NCBI GenBank assembly: GCA_030674475.1
Contig: JAUSCZ010000029.1
Span: forward strand, 2,357-66,356
Length of the DNA: 64,000 nucleotides
Source: Candidatus Omnitrophota bacterium
Lineage (GTDB): Bacteria; Omnitrophota; Gorgyraeia; Gygaellales; UBA12090
Direction of reading: 5' to 3'
Of the stretch, positions 49,187-59,424 are shown one piece after another. A program made the position numbers and the translations under genes. Below the pieces are notes generated by a model. That model saw only the letters and a program-made list of their open reading frames with translations, searched no databases and was not told where the DNA came from. Every line of letters begins with the position of its first letter. Position 1 is the first letter of the stretch.

Positions 49187-51049
49187 ATGAGAACCGTCCC
49201 TATAGATATAATTGTTATTGGCGCGGGGCATGCGGGGATTGAGGCGGCATTGGCTTCGGCTCGGATTGGTTGTAAAACTCTTTTGGTTACGATGCGCTTA
49301 GACACTATCGGCCATATGAGCTGTAATCCGGCCATCGGCGGGGTAGGCAAAGGCCAATTAGTTAAGGAAATTGACGCCCTTGGCGGCGAGATGGCTAAGG
49401 CCGCGGATGGCTGCGGGATACAGTTTCGGATTTTAAACAGCTCCAAAGGCCCGGCAGTGCAGTCATCCCGGGCCCAGGAAGACCGGCACCGCTATAAAGC
49501 TTATATGCAGAAGGTAATAAAGGCGCAAAAGAATTTAAAGCTTAAAGCAGGTGAAGTTATAGAAATACTGGTAAAAGATGGTACAGCCTATGGAGTAAAG
49601 CTGAAAAACGGTGAAATTATTCAAGCTAGGGCAATAGTGGTTACTCCGGGGACATTCTTGAATGGGCTTATGCATATTGGGTTAGAGCATACTCCGGGTG
49701 GAAGAATTGGAGAAGCGCCATCAATAGACTTGGCAAATTCTCTCAAGAATTTAGGGTTTAATATCCTGCGTTTTAAAACCGGGACCTGCGCGCGATTAGA
49801 TTGCCGCAGTATAAATTTTAAGAAATTACAAGCCCAGGAAGGCGATAAAACCCCGCGGCCATTTTCCTTCTCTACCAAAAAGCTTAAATTAAGACAGGTT
49901 CCCTGCTATATCACCTATACCAATAAGAAAACCCACGAGATTATCCGCTCCGGCTTAGGCCGCTCTCCCCTTTATACCGGAAAAATCAAGGCTACCGGGG
50001 TGCGCTATTGCCCGTCAATTGAAGATAAAATAGTCAAATTTGCTGATAAAGAGCGCCATCAGATATTTTTGGAGCCGGAGGGACTAGATACTATTGAATA
50101 TTATCCTAACGGCGTATCTACCAGCCTACCTTTGGATATTCAGATAAAGATGCTCCATTCCATAGAGGGCCTAGAGGATGTGGAAATCACCAAGCCTGGT
50201 TATGGCATTGAGCATGATGTGGTTGACCCCTTAGAGCTTTATCCGACCTTAGAAACCAAACGCATCCGTAATCTCTATCTGGCCGGTCAAATTAACGGCA
50301 CCACCGGTTATGAAGAAGCCGGCGCTCAGGGTTTGATGGCCGGAATAAATGCCGCCTTAAAGGTCCAAGATAAGCCCGAGCTGGTCTTAGACCGTTCCAG
50401 TAGTTATATCGGAGTTTTGATTGATGATTTAACCACTAAAGGGACCAATGAACCGTACCGGATGTTTACCTCTCGGGTGGAATACCGTCTGGTTATCCGC
50501 GAGGATAACGCGGATTTAAGGCTGGCTGAATTTGGTTATCGCGTTGGCTTGATTCGAAGTAAGGATTTTAAAAAGACACAGACCAAACAAGCGCGGATTA
50601 AAGAGGGAATCAATTATTTAAAGAAAACAAGAATCAACCCATCGGATAAAATTAATAAATTGCTTACCCGATTACATACTTCCTGTTTGCAAAAAAGAGT
50701 AAGCCTTGAGGAGCTGTTGAAGCGCCCGGAAATAGATATGTGTGCTTTAGAAAGCCAGGATGATTTTAAATTTCCTAAGGATGTATCCCGGCAGATTGAG
50801 ATTGAGGTAAAATATGCCGGATTTATCCGGCGCCAGTTATCCGAGGTTGAGCGCTTTAAGAATCTAGAAAAGATAAAATTGCCTTTAGATTTTGATTATA
50901 GGACGATTCCCAGTTTATCCCGTGAAATCAGAGAGAAGCTTATGAAAGGTAAGCCTCTTACTTTGGGCCAGGCATCGCGTATTTCAGGAGTAACTCCGGT
51001 TGCGATTTCGGTGCTTATGATTTGGCTTAAAAAATTAGGCGGAAAATAA
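49187..51049 (+). CDS. mnmG: tRNA uridine-5-carboxymethylaminomethyl modification enzyme MnmG (GidA).
   Basis: The FAD motif is IVIGAGHAGIEAA, the CNP motif is present, ...YCPSIEDK, and the C-terminal domain is present; 620 aa. Confidence 0.9.
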   Translation: MRTVPIDIIVIGAGHAGIEAALASARIGCKTLLVTMRLDTIGHMSCNPAIGGVGKGQLVKEIDALGGEMAKAADGCGIQFRILNSSKGPAVQSSRAQEDRHRYKAYMQKVIKAQKNLKLKAGEVIEILVKDGTAYGVKLKNGEIIQARAIVVTPGTFLNGLMHIGLEHTPGGRIGEAPSIDLANSLKNLGFNILRFKTGTCARLDCRSINFKKLQAQEGDKTPRPFSFSTKKLKLRQVPCYITYTNKKTHEIIRSGLGRSPLYTGKIKATGVRYCPSIEDKIVKFADKERHQIFLEPEGLDTIEYYPNGVSTSLPLDIQIKMLHSIEGLEDVEITKPGYGIEHDVVDPLELYPTLETKRIRNLYLAGQINGTTGYEEAGAQGLMAGINAALKVQDKPELVLDRSSSYIGVLIDDLTTKGTNEPYRMFTSRVEYRLVIREDNADLRLAEFGYRVGLIRSKDFKKTQTKQARIKEGINYLKKTRINPSDKINKLLTRLHTSCLQKRVSLEELLKRPEIDMCALESQDDFKFPKDVSRQIEIEVKYAGFIRRQLSEVERFKNLEKIKLPLDFDYRTIPSLSREIREKLMKGKPLTLGQASRISGVTPVAISVLMIWLKKLGGK

Positions 51050-51051
51050 CA

Positions 51052-51747
51052 ATGCGAGAGAAGATTCTGATTGTGGAAGATGAGCCTGATATCGTTACGA
51101 TGCTGGAGTATAATCTTAAAAAAGAGGGCTTTCGCGTAACTAGCGCTTCTGACGGACAGGAAGCCTTAAGGCGGGCCGAAAGAGAACATCCGGACATTAT
51201 TATCCTGGATTTGATGCTTCCTGAGATTGACGGCCTTGAGGTATGCAAAACCTTAAAACAGTCTTCTAATACCGCGAATATTCCTATTATTATGCTCACC
51301 GCCAAGGCCCAGGAAGCGGATAAGATTGTGGGGCTTGAGCTGGGGGCGGATGATTATATTACCAAGCCGTTTAGTATCCGGGAGCTGAACGCGCGGGTTA
51401 AAGCGGTGCTTCGCCGGGTGAGAGAAAAAGAGAAACTGCCGGAGATTTTTAAAATAGGAAACCTGACCATTGATTTCTCCAAGATTAAAGTAACTATTGG
51501 GAATAAGCCGGTTGAGCTTACGGCTAAGGAATTTGAGTTGTTATCGGCTTTGATAAAGGCCAAGGGCCGGGTTTTGTCGCGGGATTATCTTCTGGATAAT
51601 ATCTGGGGTTTTGACCAGGCCGTTGAGATTCAAAGCCGCACGGTTGACGTGCATATCCAGACCCTGCGCAAGAAGCTAAAAACAGAAGCAAAACGCGTTG
51701 TTACCGTGAAAAACTACGGTTACCGTTTTGAGCAAGAAGAGGAGTAA
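51052..51747 (+). CDS. OmpR/PhoB-family response regulator, likely the Pho regulon regulator given its context.
   Basis: Receiver ILIVEDEPDI...IIILDLMLPEIDG...MLTAK, followed by a winged-helix (LTAKEFELL...YGYRF). A histidine kinase and pstSCAB-phoU follow. Confidence 0.85.
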   Translation: MREKILIVEDEPDIVTMLEYNLKKEGFRVTSASDGQEALRRAEREHPDIIILDLMLPEIDGLEVCKTLKQSSNTANIPIIMLTAKAQEADKIVGLELGADDYITKPFSIRELNARVKAVLRRVREKEKLPEIFKIGNLTIDFSKIKVTIGNKPVELTAKEFELLSALIKAKGRVLSRDYLLDNIWGFDQAVEIQSRTVDVHIQTLRKKLKTEAKRVVTVKNYGYRFEQEEE

Positions 51748-51757
51748 GAGAAACAAA

Positions 51758-52957
51758 ATGTTTTTCTTGAGCCGAAGGCATATAAAAAAAATAACGGCAG
51801 TATTAGAGGAGATTGCAAAAGGCAATCTTCAGCAGAGAATACACGTTTACTCTAAAGGCACGCTCGGACGGCTGGCCCAGGCAATTGATGGGGTCCTTTC
51901 CGGGTTAACCTCCCAAATAAACGTTCTTAATAAGGAAGCAATCAAGGGTAAGGCCATTTTAACCAGTATGGTTGAAGGGGTCATTGCCATAGATAAAGAT
52001 GCCAGGATATTGTCCCTTAATCCGACAGCAGAGAAGATATTTACTATCAGAAAACAGGATGCCGAGGGCAGGCTGTTTTTAGAGGTTATCCGCAATAACG
52101 ATATTTCTGAAATTATTAGTCGTGTCTTAAAAAGCGGCGAGCCGTTATCCAGCGAACTTAACCTTATTTTGCCGGTACAGAAAGTATTTAGAATCAATGC
52201 CTCGGCTATCTTTGAAGATAGCGCTGTCGCGGGGTGCGTTTTGGTTATTCACGATATTACCCAGATGCGCCGCCTGGAGAGGGTCCGTTCTGATTTTGTG
52301 GCTAATGTTTCCCACGAGCTAAAGACTCCGCTTACCTCAATTAAGGGATTTGTGGAGACCCTTCTTGAGGGAGCTATTGATGATAAAAAAAATAACCGGG
52401 AATTTTTAAGGGTTATCCAGGAGCATACTAATCGCCTGGAGAACCTGATTAATGATTTATTGGATTTAGCTTCTTTGGAAGAGCGGGGGATAGCCCTGAA
52501 TACACAGGAAGTTAATGTCCGGGAATTGGCGGATAAGGTTTTGGCGGGTTTTGAGGGTCAGCTAAAAAAGAAAGAAATTGAAGTTGGAAATGAACTCTCC
52601 GGAAATCTTATCATTAAGGCGGATAAAGATAAGATAGAACAGGTTTGGATCAATTTTATTGATAATGCCGTTAAGTTTAACCGCCCAAAAGGCGGTATAA
52701 AGATTTATGCCGAAGAAACAGCGGATAATAAGATAAAATTTACGGTTAAAGACACAGGCTTCGGAATCCCCGTCAAAGATATCCCGCGCATTTTTGAACG
52801 CTTCTATCGTGTAGACAAAGCCCGTTCGCGCAGTTTAGGTGGCACAGGTTTAGGTTTATCAATAGTTAAGCATATTATCGAACTGCATAAAGGAAGTGTT
52901 GGCGTAGAAAGCGTCGAAGGCCTCGGTTCGGAATTTTCTTTTATTCTCCCAAAATAG
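51758..52957 (+). CDS. Sensor histidine kinase (PhoR-like), comprising TM/HAMP-like, PAS, HisKA and HATPase_c regions. The start is placed at ATG 51758; the ORF track has 51728.
   Basis: The H-box is SHELKTPLTSIKGF, and the N, G1 and G2 boxes are (...DNAVKF..., DTGFGIP, GGTGLGLSIVK). Confidence 0.8.
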   Translation: MFFLSRRHIKKITAVLEEIAKGNLQQRIHVYSKGTLGRLAQAIDGVLSGLTSQINVLNKEAIKGKAILTSMVEGVIAIDKDARILSLNPTAEKIFTIRKQDAEGRLFLEVIRNNDISEIISRVLKSGEPLSSELNLILPVQKVFRINASAIFEDSAVAGCVLVIHDITQMRRLERVRSDFVANVSHELKTPLTSIKGFVETLLEGAIDDKKNNREFLRVIQEHTNRLENLINDLLDLASLEERGIALNTQEVNVRELADKVLAGFEGQLKKKEIEVGNELSGNLIIKADKDKIEQVWINFIDNAVKFNRPKGGIKIYAEETADNKIKFTVKDTGFGIPVKDIPRIFERFYRVDKARSRSLGGTGLGLSIVKHIIELHKGSVGVESVEGLGSEFSFILPK

Positions 52958-52977
52958 TTTTTCCTTCTCAATTCTAA

Positions 52978-53019
52978 ACCCGCTTAAGCCATTTAGGTAT
53001 GGCTTGGGCGGGTTTTTTT
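52978..53019 (+). terminator. Rho-independent terminator after the histidine-kinase gene.
   Basis: The stem is cccgcttaagccat / atggcttgggcggg, followed by a T7 run. Confidence 0.55.
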
Positions 53020-53021
53020 AT

Positions 53022-53075
53022 TTTACCCGGATTTTACATTGCCTTGAAGCGGACTTTACCCGCATAGTTTATACT
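53022..53075 (+). promoter_or_regulatory. Candidate Pho-box-like direct repeats (TTTAC[CA] at 53022, 53033, 53055 and 53068; 11-13 bp phasing) abutting a TATACT -10 with no -35.
   Basis: OmpR-family regulators bind 11-bp-phased direct repeats, and the site replaces the -35 as in PhoB-dependent promoters. The motif itself is not the E. coli CTGTCAT box. Confidence 0.3.
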
Positions 53076-53113
53076 TTAGTTGAAAAATGAGAAAGAAAGG
53101 AGGTGAGTAAAAG

Positions 53114-53305
53114 ATGACGGAAGTATTATTAAGCATGGAAAAGGATTTTCTGGCCAGTTCACTTCGGGCGCTGATTGACCGTTTGAAAAATGTGTTATCA
53201 GCGATTGAAGAAGGAGAGAGCATAGAAAATGAGTTTACCAATAACAGCCTTAAGTCCGTGGAAACGCAGCTGCGCCAGATACGGAAGTTTTGCGCCGGAG
53301 GATAA
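53114..53305 (+). CDS. Small hypothetical protein (63 aa) at the head of the pst operon.
   Basis: A strong RBS (AAGGAGGTGA) at ideal spacing. The product is helical and I could not place it in a family. Confidence 0.4.
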   Translation: MTEVLLSMEKDFLASSLRALIDRLKNVLSAIEEGESIENEFTNNSLKSVETQLRQIRKFCAGG

Positions 53306-53353
53306 GGAGCGCGCAATGAGGACAGGGAATTTATTAGGAAAGGACAAGTGAAA

Positions 53354-54616
53354 ATGACGAAGAGAATATTAATTATGATTTTAGCGGTATGGTTTCTGGG
53401 GGTTGGCCCCGTATGTTTCGCCGCGACTACCCAGGTGGATGCCCTGATTGAGAAATTAGTGGAAAAGGGAATTTTGGAGCGTCAGGAGGCAATCAAGCTA
53501 AAAGGCGAGATTGCTGAAGACGAAAAGATAATCAGGGAAGAGGGGCTTAAACAGAGTTTACCCGCTTGGGCAAGGGAGATGAAATTGAAGGGTGATCTCC
53601 GCCTGCGTCATCAGTATGAAAAGAGAAAGGGCAGTAATACCAACACCGGAAATACCGCTGAGCGAAACAGGGCAAGAATCAGGTTTAGGTTAGGCGCCGA
53701 AACCAAGGTAAACGACCAGACCAAAGTACTTTTTGGTTTGGCCACCGGAGGGACCGATCCCCGCTCCACCAATCAAACCTTAGAAAACAGTTTTGAGCTT
53801 AAGGATATTCGGCTTGACTATGTCTATGCCGAATACGTGCCTTTTGCCTGGGCAGCATTCTTAGGGGGAAGAATGAAAAATCCTCTCTGGGAGCCGGGGG
53901 ATTTGCTTTGGGATACGGATATTAATCCCGAAGGCCTGGCAGCCAAGTTAAGCGGCAAAGTCAATGATAAATTAGGAACGTATCTTAATGCCGGCGTATT
54001 TATCCTTGATGAAAACGCGGCTGCTTCCGACCCTTGGATATATGCCTTACAACCGGGGTTAAAGTGGAAGTTTAATGATAAGGCAAGCCTTAATCTTGCC
54101 GCCGCATATTACGGAAGTAGCCAGGTTAAGGGAGCGATCCTGGATAATTCCGCAAGCAGTAATACCAATAACGGAAAGCGCGGCCTGTGGTATGGCCTTA
54201 GCGCTGTCAGTCCGAGTGTGGAATTAGCCGTTAAAGACCCCTTGCAGTTTATGGGCATAGGCCTGCCTTATGTTTCGCTCTTGGGAGAATATGTTCATAA
54301 TCTGCCTTCCGCCAAAAGCGGATATTTGGGAGGGTTTAAGTTGGGGCATGAAAAAGTCAGCAATAGAGGGCAATGGCAGCTACGTTATTTCTATACTATG
54401 CTGGCTACCGATGCCTGGTTAGATATCTTCCCGGATTCGGATAGATACGGGGGAAAGACTGGAATCAGAGGGAATGAAATACTTTTTACCTATGGCTTAG
54501 GCAAGAATTGGAGCTTGGAGTTGGATTATTATCGTACGGATTTAACTACTACTCATAGTGATTCTCGGGTCAAGACCGAGAATTTATTTCAGGCGGATTT
54601 GAATTTCAAATTTTAA
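53354..54616 (+). CDS. Outer-membrane porin, possibly a phosphate-selective OprO/OprP-like protein.
   Basis: A signal peptide; beta-barrel strand periodicity with aromatic girdles; a C-terminal ...LNFKF. It sits between the Pho two-component genes and pstS. Confidence 0.55.
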   Translation: MTKRILIMILAVWFLGVGPVCFAATTQVDALIEKLVEKGILERQEAIKLKGEIAEDEKIIREEGLKQSLPAWAREMKLKGDLRLRHQYEKRKGSNTNTGNTAERNRARIRFRLGAETKVNDQTKVLFGLATGGTDPRSTNQTLENSFELKDIRLDYVYAEYVPFAWAAFLGGRMKNPLWEPGDLLWDTDINPEGLAAKLSGKVNDKLGTYLNAGVFILDENAAASDPWIYALQPGLKWKFNDKASLNLAAAYYGSSQVKGAILDNSASSNTNNGKRGLWYGLSAVSPSVELAVKDPLQFMGIGLPYVSLLGEYVHNLPSAKSGYLGGFKLGHEKVSNRGQWQLRYFYTMLATDAWLDIFPDSDRYGGKTGIRGNEILFTYGLGKNWSLELDYYRTDLTTTHSDSRVKTENLFQADLNFKF

Positions 54617-54645
54617 CCTATAGAATCTAAAAGGAGAAAAAAGAT

Positions 54646-55638
54646 ATGAAAAGGATAATGTGTTTTATGGTAATAGCGGTTATCGCCTGCGGTAATCAGG
54701 CCTACGCCGCGAAATTAATCAAAGTGGACGGCTCAAGCACGGTTTTTCCCATCACCGAGGCCGTGGCCGAGGAATTTCAGAAGGAAAATAGCGGGATAAA
54801 GGTGATGGTAGGTATTTCAGGAACCGGCGGCGGGTTTAAGAGGTTTGGCCGCGGAGAAACCGATATCAGCGATGCCTCCCGTCCCATAAAACCCAAAGAG
54901 GTGGATTTAGCCAGAGAAAATAATATTGAATACATTGAGCTTCCGGTGGCCTATGATGGCCTGGCGGTGGTGGTCAATCCGCAGAACACCTGGGTAAACC
55001 ATCTTACGGTTAAGGAATTAAAGAAAATGTGGGAGCCGGATGCCCAAGGGGCAGTTACTAAATGGAACCAGATACGAGCGGGTTTTCCCGATAAAGAAAT
55101 GCGCCTGTTTGGACCAGGGACAGATTCCGGGACCTTTGATTATTTCACTGAGGCCGTATGCGGAAAATCCGGCGCAAGCAGAGGGGATTTCACCGCAAGC
55201 GAAGATGACAATGTGTTAGTTGAAGGAGTTGCCTTTGATGAGGCCGCGTTGGGGTATTTTGGTTTTGCTTATTATGAGGCAAATAAAGAAAAACTCAAAC
55301 TCGTGGCAATTGATGATGAAAATGACGCTAACGGCAAAGGTCCGATAAATCCTTCGCTTCAGACGGTAAAGGATGGTACCTATCAACCTTTGGCCCGTCC
55401 CATCTTTATCTATGTAAGCGTCCAATCAGCGGAAAAGGAAGAAGTGGCAAAGTTTGTGGAGTTTTACCTTGCCCATGCCGCGCAATTAGTAAAAGAAGTC
55501 GGTTACATACCTTTGCCGGATGAGGCCTATCAGGCGGCTTTGGAGCGTTTTAAAAAGCGGGTCAAAGGCTCTGTCTTTGGCGGCAAGGGCGCGACCATAG
55601 GGGTTAAGATTGAAGATTTACTGAGGCGCCAGAAATAG
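54646..55638 (+). CDS. pstS: Phosphate ABC transporter substrate-binding protein PstS.
   Basis: PBP_like_2 features (DGSSTV...GTGGG...DISDASR); pstCAB follow immediately. Confidence 0.85.
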   Translation: MKRIMCFMVIAVIACGNQAYAAKLIKVDGSSTVFPITEAVAEEFQKENSGIKVMVGISGTGGGFKRFGRGETDISDASRPIKPKEVDLARENNIEYIELPVAYDGLAVVVNPQNTWVNHLTVKELKKMWEPDAQGAVTKWNQIRAGFPDKEMRLFGPGTDSGTFDYFTEAVCGKSGASRGDFTASEDDNVLVEGVAFDEAALGYFGFAYYEANKEKLKLVAIDDENDANGKGPINPSLQTVKDGTYQPLARPIFIYVSVQSAEKEEVAKFVEFYLAHAAQLVKEVGYIPLPDEAYQAALERFKKRVKGSVFGGKGATIGVKIEDLLRRQK

Positions 55639-55647
55639 GTTAAAGAT

Positions 55648-56544
55648 ATGTTTAGGAAGAATAAGTTTCAAAAATTAAAGGAAGATCTGATTGAGAAACT
55701 GCTTTTTCTCTTTAGCTTAGTTTCCATATTCGTCACCGTGGGGATTGTCGCGGTATTGTCTTTTGAGACCTTCGCCTTTTTTAAGGAGGTATCGCTTTTA
55801 GAGTTCTTTACGGATACCCAGTGGACGCCGCTTTTTGTCAGGAAGCATTTTGGCATCCTGCCGCTTTTGTGCGGGACGCTTCTGACTACCCTGATCGCGA
55901 TGCTTATCGCGTTTCCCGCGGGCCTGATCAGCGCGGCATACCTAAGCGAATACGCCTCGGAAAAGGCCAGGGGTATCATCAAGCCGATAATGGAGATATT
56001 GGCGGCGGTCCCTACGGTGGTATATGGTTACTTCGCGCTTTTGTTTGTTACCCCGTTATTAAAGAAATGTATTCCCGGGATGAGCGGATTTAATTCTCTT
56101 TCCAGCGGACTGGTAATGGGGATAATGATTATCCCTTTGATTTCGTCTCTAAGCGAGGATGCCTTTCACGCGGTGCCTATGGGCCTGCGCGAGGCAGGGT
56201 ATGCCTTGGGCTCAAGCCGACTGCAGGTGTCCTTAAGGATAGTCCTACCGGCGGCCTTTTCCGGGGTCTGCGCGGCCTGCGTTTTGGCCATATCCCGGGC
56301 TGTGGGTGAGACGATGATTGTGGCCATTGCCGCGGGCCAGCAGCCAAGGTTGACCTTTAATCCTCTGGTTCCTATTGAGACTATTACCGCCTATATTGTT
56401 CAGGTGAGTTTAGGCGATACCCCCCATGGCAGCCTGGAATACCGCACTATCTTTGCCTGCGGGATGTTTTTGTTTGTGATGACCTATTTTTTAAATATCG
56501 TAAGCTATAAATTAAGAAAACATTTTCAACAAGTATATGAATAG
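55648..56544 (+). CDS. pstC: Phosphate ABC transporter permease PstC.
   Basis: A six-transmembrane permease with the EAA-like loop [13 protein letters not shown]; order within the operon. Confidence 0.85.
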   Translation: MFRKNKFQKLKEDLIEKLLFLFSLVSIFVTVGIVAVLSFETFAFFKEVSLLEFFTDTQWTPLFVRKHFGILPLLCGTLLTTLIAMLIAFPAGLISAAYLSEYASEKARGIIKPIMEILAAVPTVVYGYFALLFVTPLLKKCIPGMSGFNSLSSGLVMGIMIIPLISSLSEDAFHAVPMGLREAGYALGSSRLQVSLRIVLPAAFSGVCAACVLAISRAVGETMIVAIAAGQQPRLTFNPLVPIETITAYIVQVSLGDTPHGSLEYRTIFACGMFLFVMTYFLNIVSYKLRKHFQQVYE

Positions 56545-57445
56545 AAAAATAGTCAATAAACGGCTGGATAGCCTGTTTAAAGCGCTGGGTATTCTGACAA
56601 CGGTTTTCGGAATATTGGTGCTTTTGGTCCTGTTTATTGATGTATTCTTAGATGGCGCGTCACGGCTGAGTATGAATTTTCTCACCAGTTTTCCCTCCCG
56701 TAAGCCGGAAGCCGCGGGGATACTTTCGGCGTGGGTAGGCACGATTTGGATTATGGCGGTTACCGCGTTAATCGCGCTTCCTTTGGGAATAGGTTCAGCC
56801 ATCTATCTTGAGGAATACGCCCCCAAAAACAGGCTCACCGGTTTAATTGAGATAAGTATTGCCAATCTTGCCGGGGTGCCGTCAGTAATCTTCGGGCTTC
56901 TGGGTTTAGGGCTTTTTGTGCGCTGGTTTAATCTGGACCGCAGTGTCCTGGCCGGGGGCTTGACCTTAGCCATTTTGGTTTTACCGGTAATCATTCTTTC
57001 TACGCGGGAGGCGCTGCGGGCCATACCTTTTTCCATCCGGGAGGCCTCCTATGCCGTAGGGGCGACTAAGTGGCAGACGGTATATTTCCAGGTGCTCCCC
57101 GCGGCGCTGGGCAATATTATGACCGGAGTCATCCTGGCGATGTCCCGGGCAGTGGGTGAAACCGCCCCGTTAATCACCATAGGCGCGCTTACCTATATTG
57201 CTTTCCTGCCCCAGCCGCCGGTTACTTTTTCCGGAGGATTTCCCTTTATGCATTTTAGCCTTCAGGGGTTATTTGACCCTTTCACGGCCCTGCCGATCCA
57301 GATATTTAATTGGGTATCCCGGCCGCAAAAAGGGTTTTCGGTTAATGCCTCGGCAGGCATTATTGTTCTTTTGGGGATTACTTTGGCAATGAACAGTATC
57401 GCCATAATTTTACGTTACCGTCAACGAAAAAAGACAAGGTGGTAA
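56537..57445 (+). CDS. pstA: Phosphate ABC transporter permease PstA.
   Basis: Permease with [14 protein letters not shown]; overlaps pstC by 8 nt. Confidence 0.85.
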   Translation: MNRKIVNKRLDSLFKALGILTTVFGILVLLVLFIDVFLDGASRLSMNFLTSFPSRKPEAAGILSAWVGTIWIMAVTALIALPLGIGSAIYLEEYAPKNRLTGLIEISIANLAGVPSVIFGLLGLGLFVRWFNLDRSVLAGGLTLAILVLPVIILSTREALRAIPFSIREASYAVGATKWQTVYFQVLPAALGNIMTGVILAMSRAVGETAPLITIGALTYIAFLPQPPVTFSGGFPFMHFSLQGLFDPFTALPIQIFNWVSRPQKGFSVNASAGIIVLLGITLAMNSIAIILRYRQRKKTRW

Positions 57446-58206
57446 AGATGAACAATGTGGCTTTTAATATAACACGGATGCGTGCCTCGTATGGAAACAA
57501 GGAGGTGTTAAAAGGAATTACTATTACTATCCTGCCAAATAGCGTTACGGCCTTAATCGGGCCCTCCGGATGCGGCAAGAGCACTTTTATCCGCTCACTT
57601 AACCGCATCAATGACCTGATTCCTTCTTTTCGGATTTCCGGAGATATTCTTTACCGGCAGAAGGATATTTATGACCAGGAAACGGATGTGGTAGAACTGC
57701 GCCGGCGTATCGGTATGGTATTTCAGAAGCCTAATCCCTTTCCGAAGTCAATTTATGAAAATATCGCCTACGGCTTAAGAATTCACGGTTTTACCATTAA
57801 GGAAACGCTTGATGAAATTGTGGAAGCCAGTTTAAAGAAAGCGGCCCTCTGGGATGAGGTCAAGGATAACTTAAAGCAGAATGCCCTCACCCTTTCCGGA
57901 GGTCAGCAGCAGAGGCTCTGCATCGCCCGGACACTGGCTACGCAGCCTGAAGCGCTCCTTTTTGATGAGCCCTGCTCCGCGCTTGATCCGATTTCCACCG
58001 CCAAAATAGAAGAACTGATTCACCATCTGAAAAAAAGTTATACCATTATTATTGTCACCCACAATATGCAGCAGGCGGCCCGGGTTTCTGATTATTCCGG
58101 ATTTTTTCTGCTGGGAGAGTTGGTTGAATTCGGTAAAACCCAGGATATGTTTACCGCGCCCAAAGACAAGCGCACCGAAGATTATATTACGGGAAGGTTT
58201 GGGTAA
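57439..58206 (+). CDS. pstB: Phosphate ABC transporter ATP-binding protein PstB.
   Basis: Walker [10 protein letters not shown], signature LSGGQQQRL, Walker B LLFDEP, and a PstB-type C-terminus. Confidence 0.9.
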   Translation: MVKMNNVAFNITRMRASYGNKEVLKGITITILPNSVTALIGPSGCGKSTFIRSLNRINDLIPSFRISGDILYRQKDIYDQETDVVELRRRIGMVFQKPNPFPKSIYENIAYGLRIHGFTIKETLDEIVEASLKKAALWDEVKDNLKQNALTLSGGQQQRLCIARTLATQPEALLFDEPCSALDPISTAKIEELIHHLKKSYTIIIVTHNMQQAARVSDYSGFFLLGELVEFGKTQDMFTAPKDKRTEDYITGRFG

Positions 58207-58250
58207 AAATAGTTTATGGTTGATAGCGTATAGTTTATAGCATTTTTCTA
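58207..58250 (+). repeat. Second copy of the GTTTATAG-containing intergenic element (after pstB, before phoU).
   Basis: aaaaatagtttatggttgatagcgtatagtttatagcattttt; compare 45537-45580. Confidence 0.45.
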
Positions 58251-58261
58251 ATCGGAGGAAA

Positions 58262-58930
58262 ATGATGGAACGGCATTTAGATGAAAAATTACAGGAACTC
58301 AAGGCGGATATCCTGCGTATGGGCAGCCTGGTAGAACATGCTATCGGCGCCTCTATGGAAGCTTTGAAACAATTAGACCGGGATGCGGCGGAAAAGGTTA
58401 TTTGCTCCGATAAGGCGGTTGACGAACTGGAGCTTAGTATTGATGAAAAGAGTCTGGATTTACTCGCGTTGTATCAGCCGATGGCGGTGGATTTACGGTT
58501 TATTACTATGGCAATGAAGATTTCAACCGATCTGGAAAGGATGGCGGATTTAGCCGTGGATATTGCCCAGCGGGTTTTGGAGCTTGCCGGAAAGCCCCTG
58601 CTTAAGCCCTTGGTGGATATCCCGCAGTTAGCCGTATTAGCTCAACATATGACAAAAGACGCTTTGGATTCCTTTGTCAAGGCTGATGTGTTTTTAGCAA
58701 AAAAGGTGATTTTATGCGATAAGGATGCCGATAGCCTGCGTAATAAAGTGCAGGCTGAATTAATCAATGACTATATAGCCAAGGATAAATCTGCTGTTTC
58801 CCGCGCCATCCCTTTACTTTTAATTGCCCGCCATCTGGAGCGTATCTGTGACCATGCGACCAATATTGCTGAAGACGTAATTTATATGATTGAGGCAAAG
58901 GTGGTTAAACATCATCAGGAGAGATTGTAG
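58262..58930 (+). CDS. phoU: Phosphate-uptake regulator PhoU.
   Basis: Two PhoU repeats (...DLERMADLAVDIA... and ...HLERICDHATNIAE...); 222 aa. Confidence 0.85.
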   Translation: MMERHLDEKLQELKADILRMGSLVEHAIGASMEALKQLDRDAAEKVICSDKAVDELELSIDEKSLDLLALYQPMAVDLRFITMAMKISTDLERMADLAVDIAQRVLELAGKPLLKPLVDIPQLAVLAQHMTKDALDSFVKADVFLAKKVILCDKDADSLRNKVQAELINDYIAKDKSAVSRAIPLLLIARHLERICDHATNIAEDVIYMIEAKVVKHHQERL

Positions 58931-59000
58931 GCCATTTAATTTAATTTGCTTTTTGGCTTTTTTGTTGACTTTGGGAACAGTATATGGTATTTTAATTTCA

Positions 59001-59288
59001 ATGCGAAAAAATATCTTAAAATCTAAATTCATACGGTTATTTTTTATTTGCGGAGTTGTCGTCTTTTTCTTGTCTTATTTAGGAGTTTTTCTCTTCCATA
59101 GCCATAAAGACGATTCCGAAAGCCAGAATTGCCAAATCTGCCATCTTCTAAGGACCCCATTTTCTTATGACATACCTTCCATTGGATTCATCTCTTTAGC
59201 AGCCTCAGGCCTGCTTATCATTTTCACCCCCCGTTTTATTTCACAGCGCGATTTCTTAACAAAAACTGCCCGTTCCCCGCCTTTCTAA
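59001..59288 (+). CDS. Hypothetical small membrane protein with a CxxCH-like motif (CQICH). The start is uncertain; the ORF track has 58890, overlapping phoU.
   Basis: A hydrophobic N-terminus and a second transmembrane segment, with no recognisable domain. It could be spurious. Confidence 0.3.
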   Translation: MRKNILKSKFIRLFFICGVVVFFLSYLGVFLFHSHKDDSESQNCQICHLLRTPFSYDIPSIGFISLAASGLLIIFTPRFISQRDFLTKTARSPPF

Positions 59289-59316
59289 TCCTTCCCACTC
59301 CCGGTTAATTTATCCC

Positions 59317-59414
59317 AAATTTTTCAATAGCCTTCCTGACGGTAGGCGGGCAAAATTTGCCCGGATTTTTCTATTGAAAAATCCGTGATTATATAAGTTA
59401 AAACGATTATCATG
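59317..59414 (+). promoter_or_regulatory. Nested palindromes (aaatttttcaatag ... ctattgaaaaat around gggcaaaatttgccc), followed by GATTAT hexamer repeats (Fur/Zur-box-like) overlapping the -10 of the 59425 gene.
   Basis: Palindromes read from the sequence. tGATTATataagttaaaacGATTATCat resembles Fur-family GATAAT/ATTATC hexamer arrays, and a metal-uptake operon lies downstream. Confidence 0.25.
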
Positions 59415-59424
59415 CGGAGGAAAT

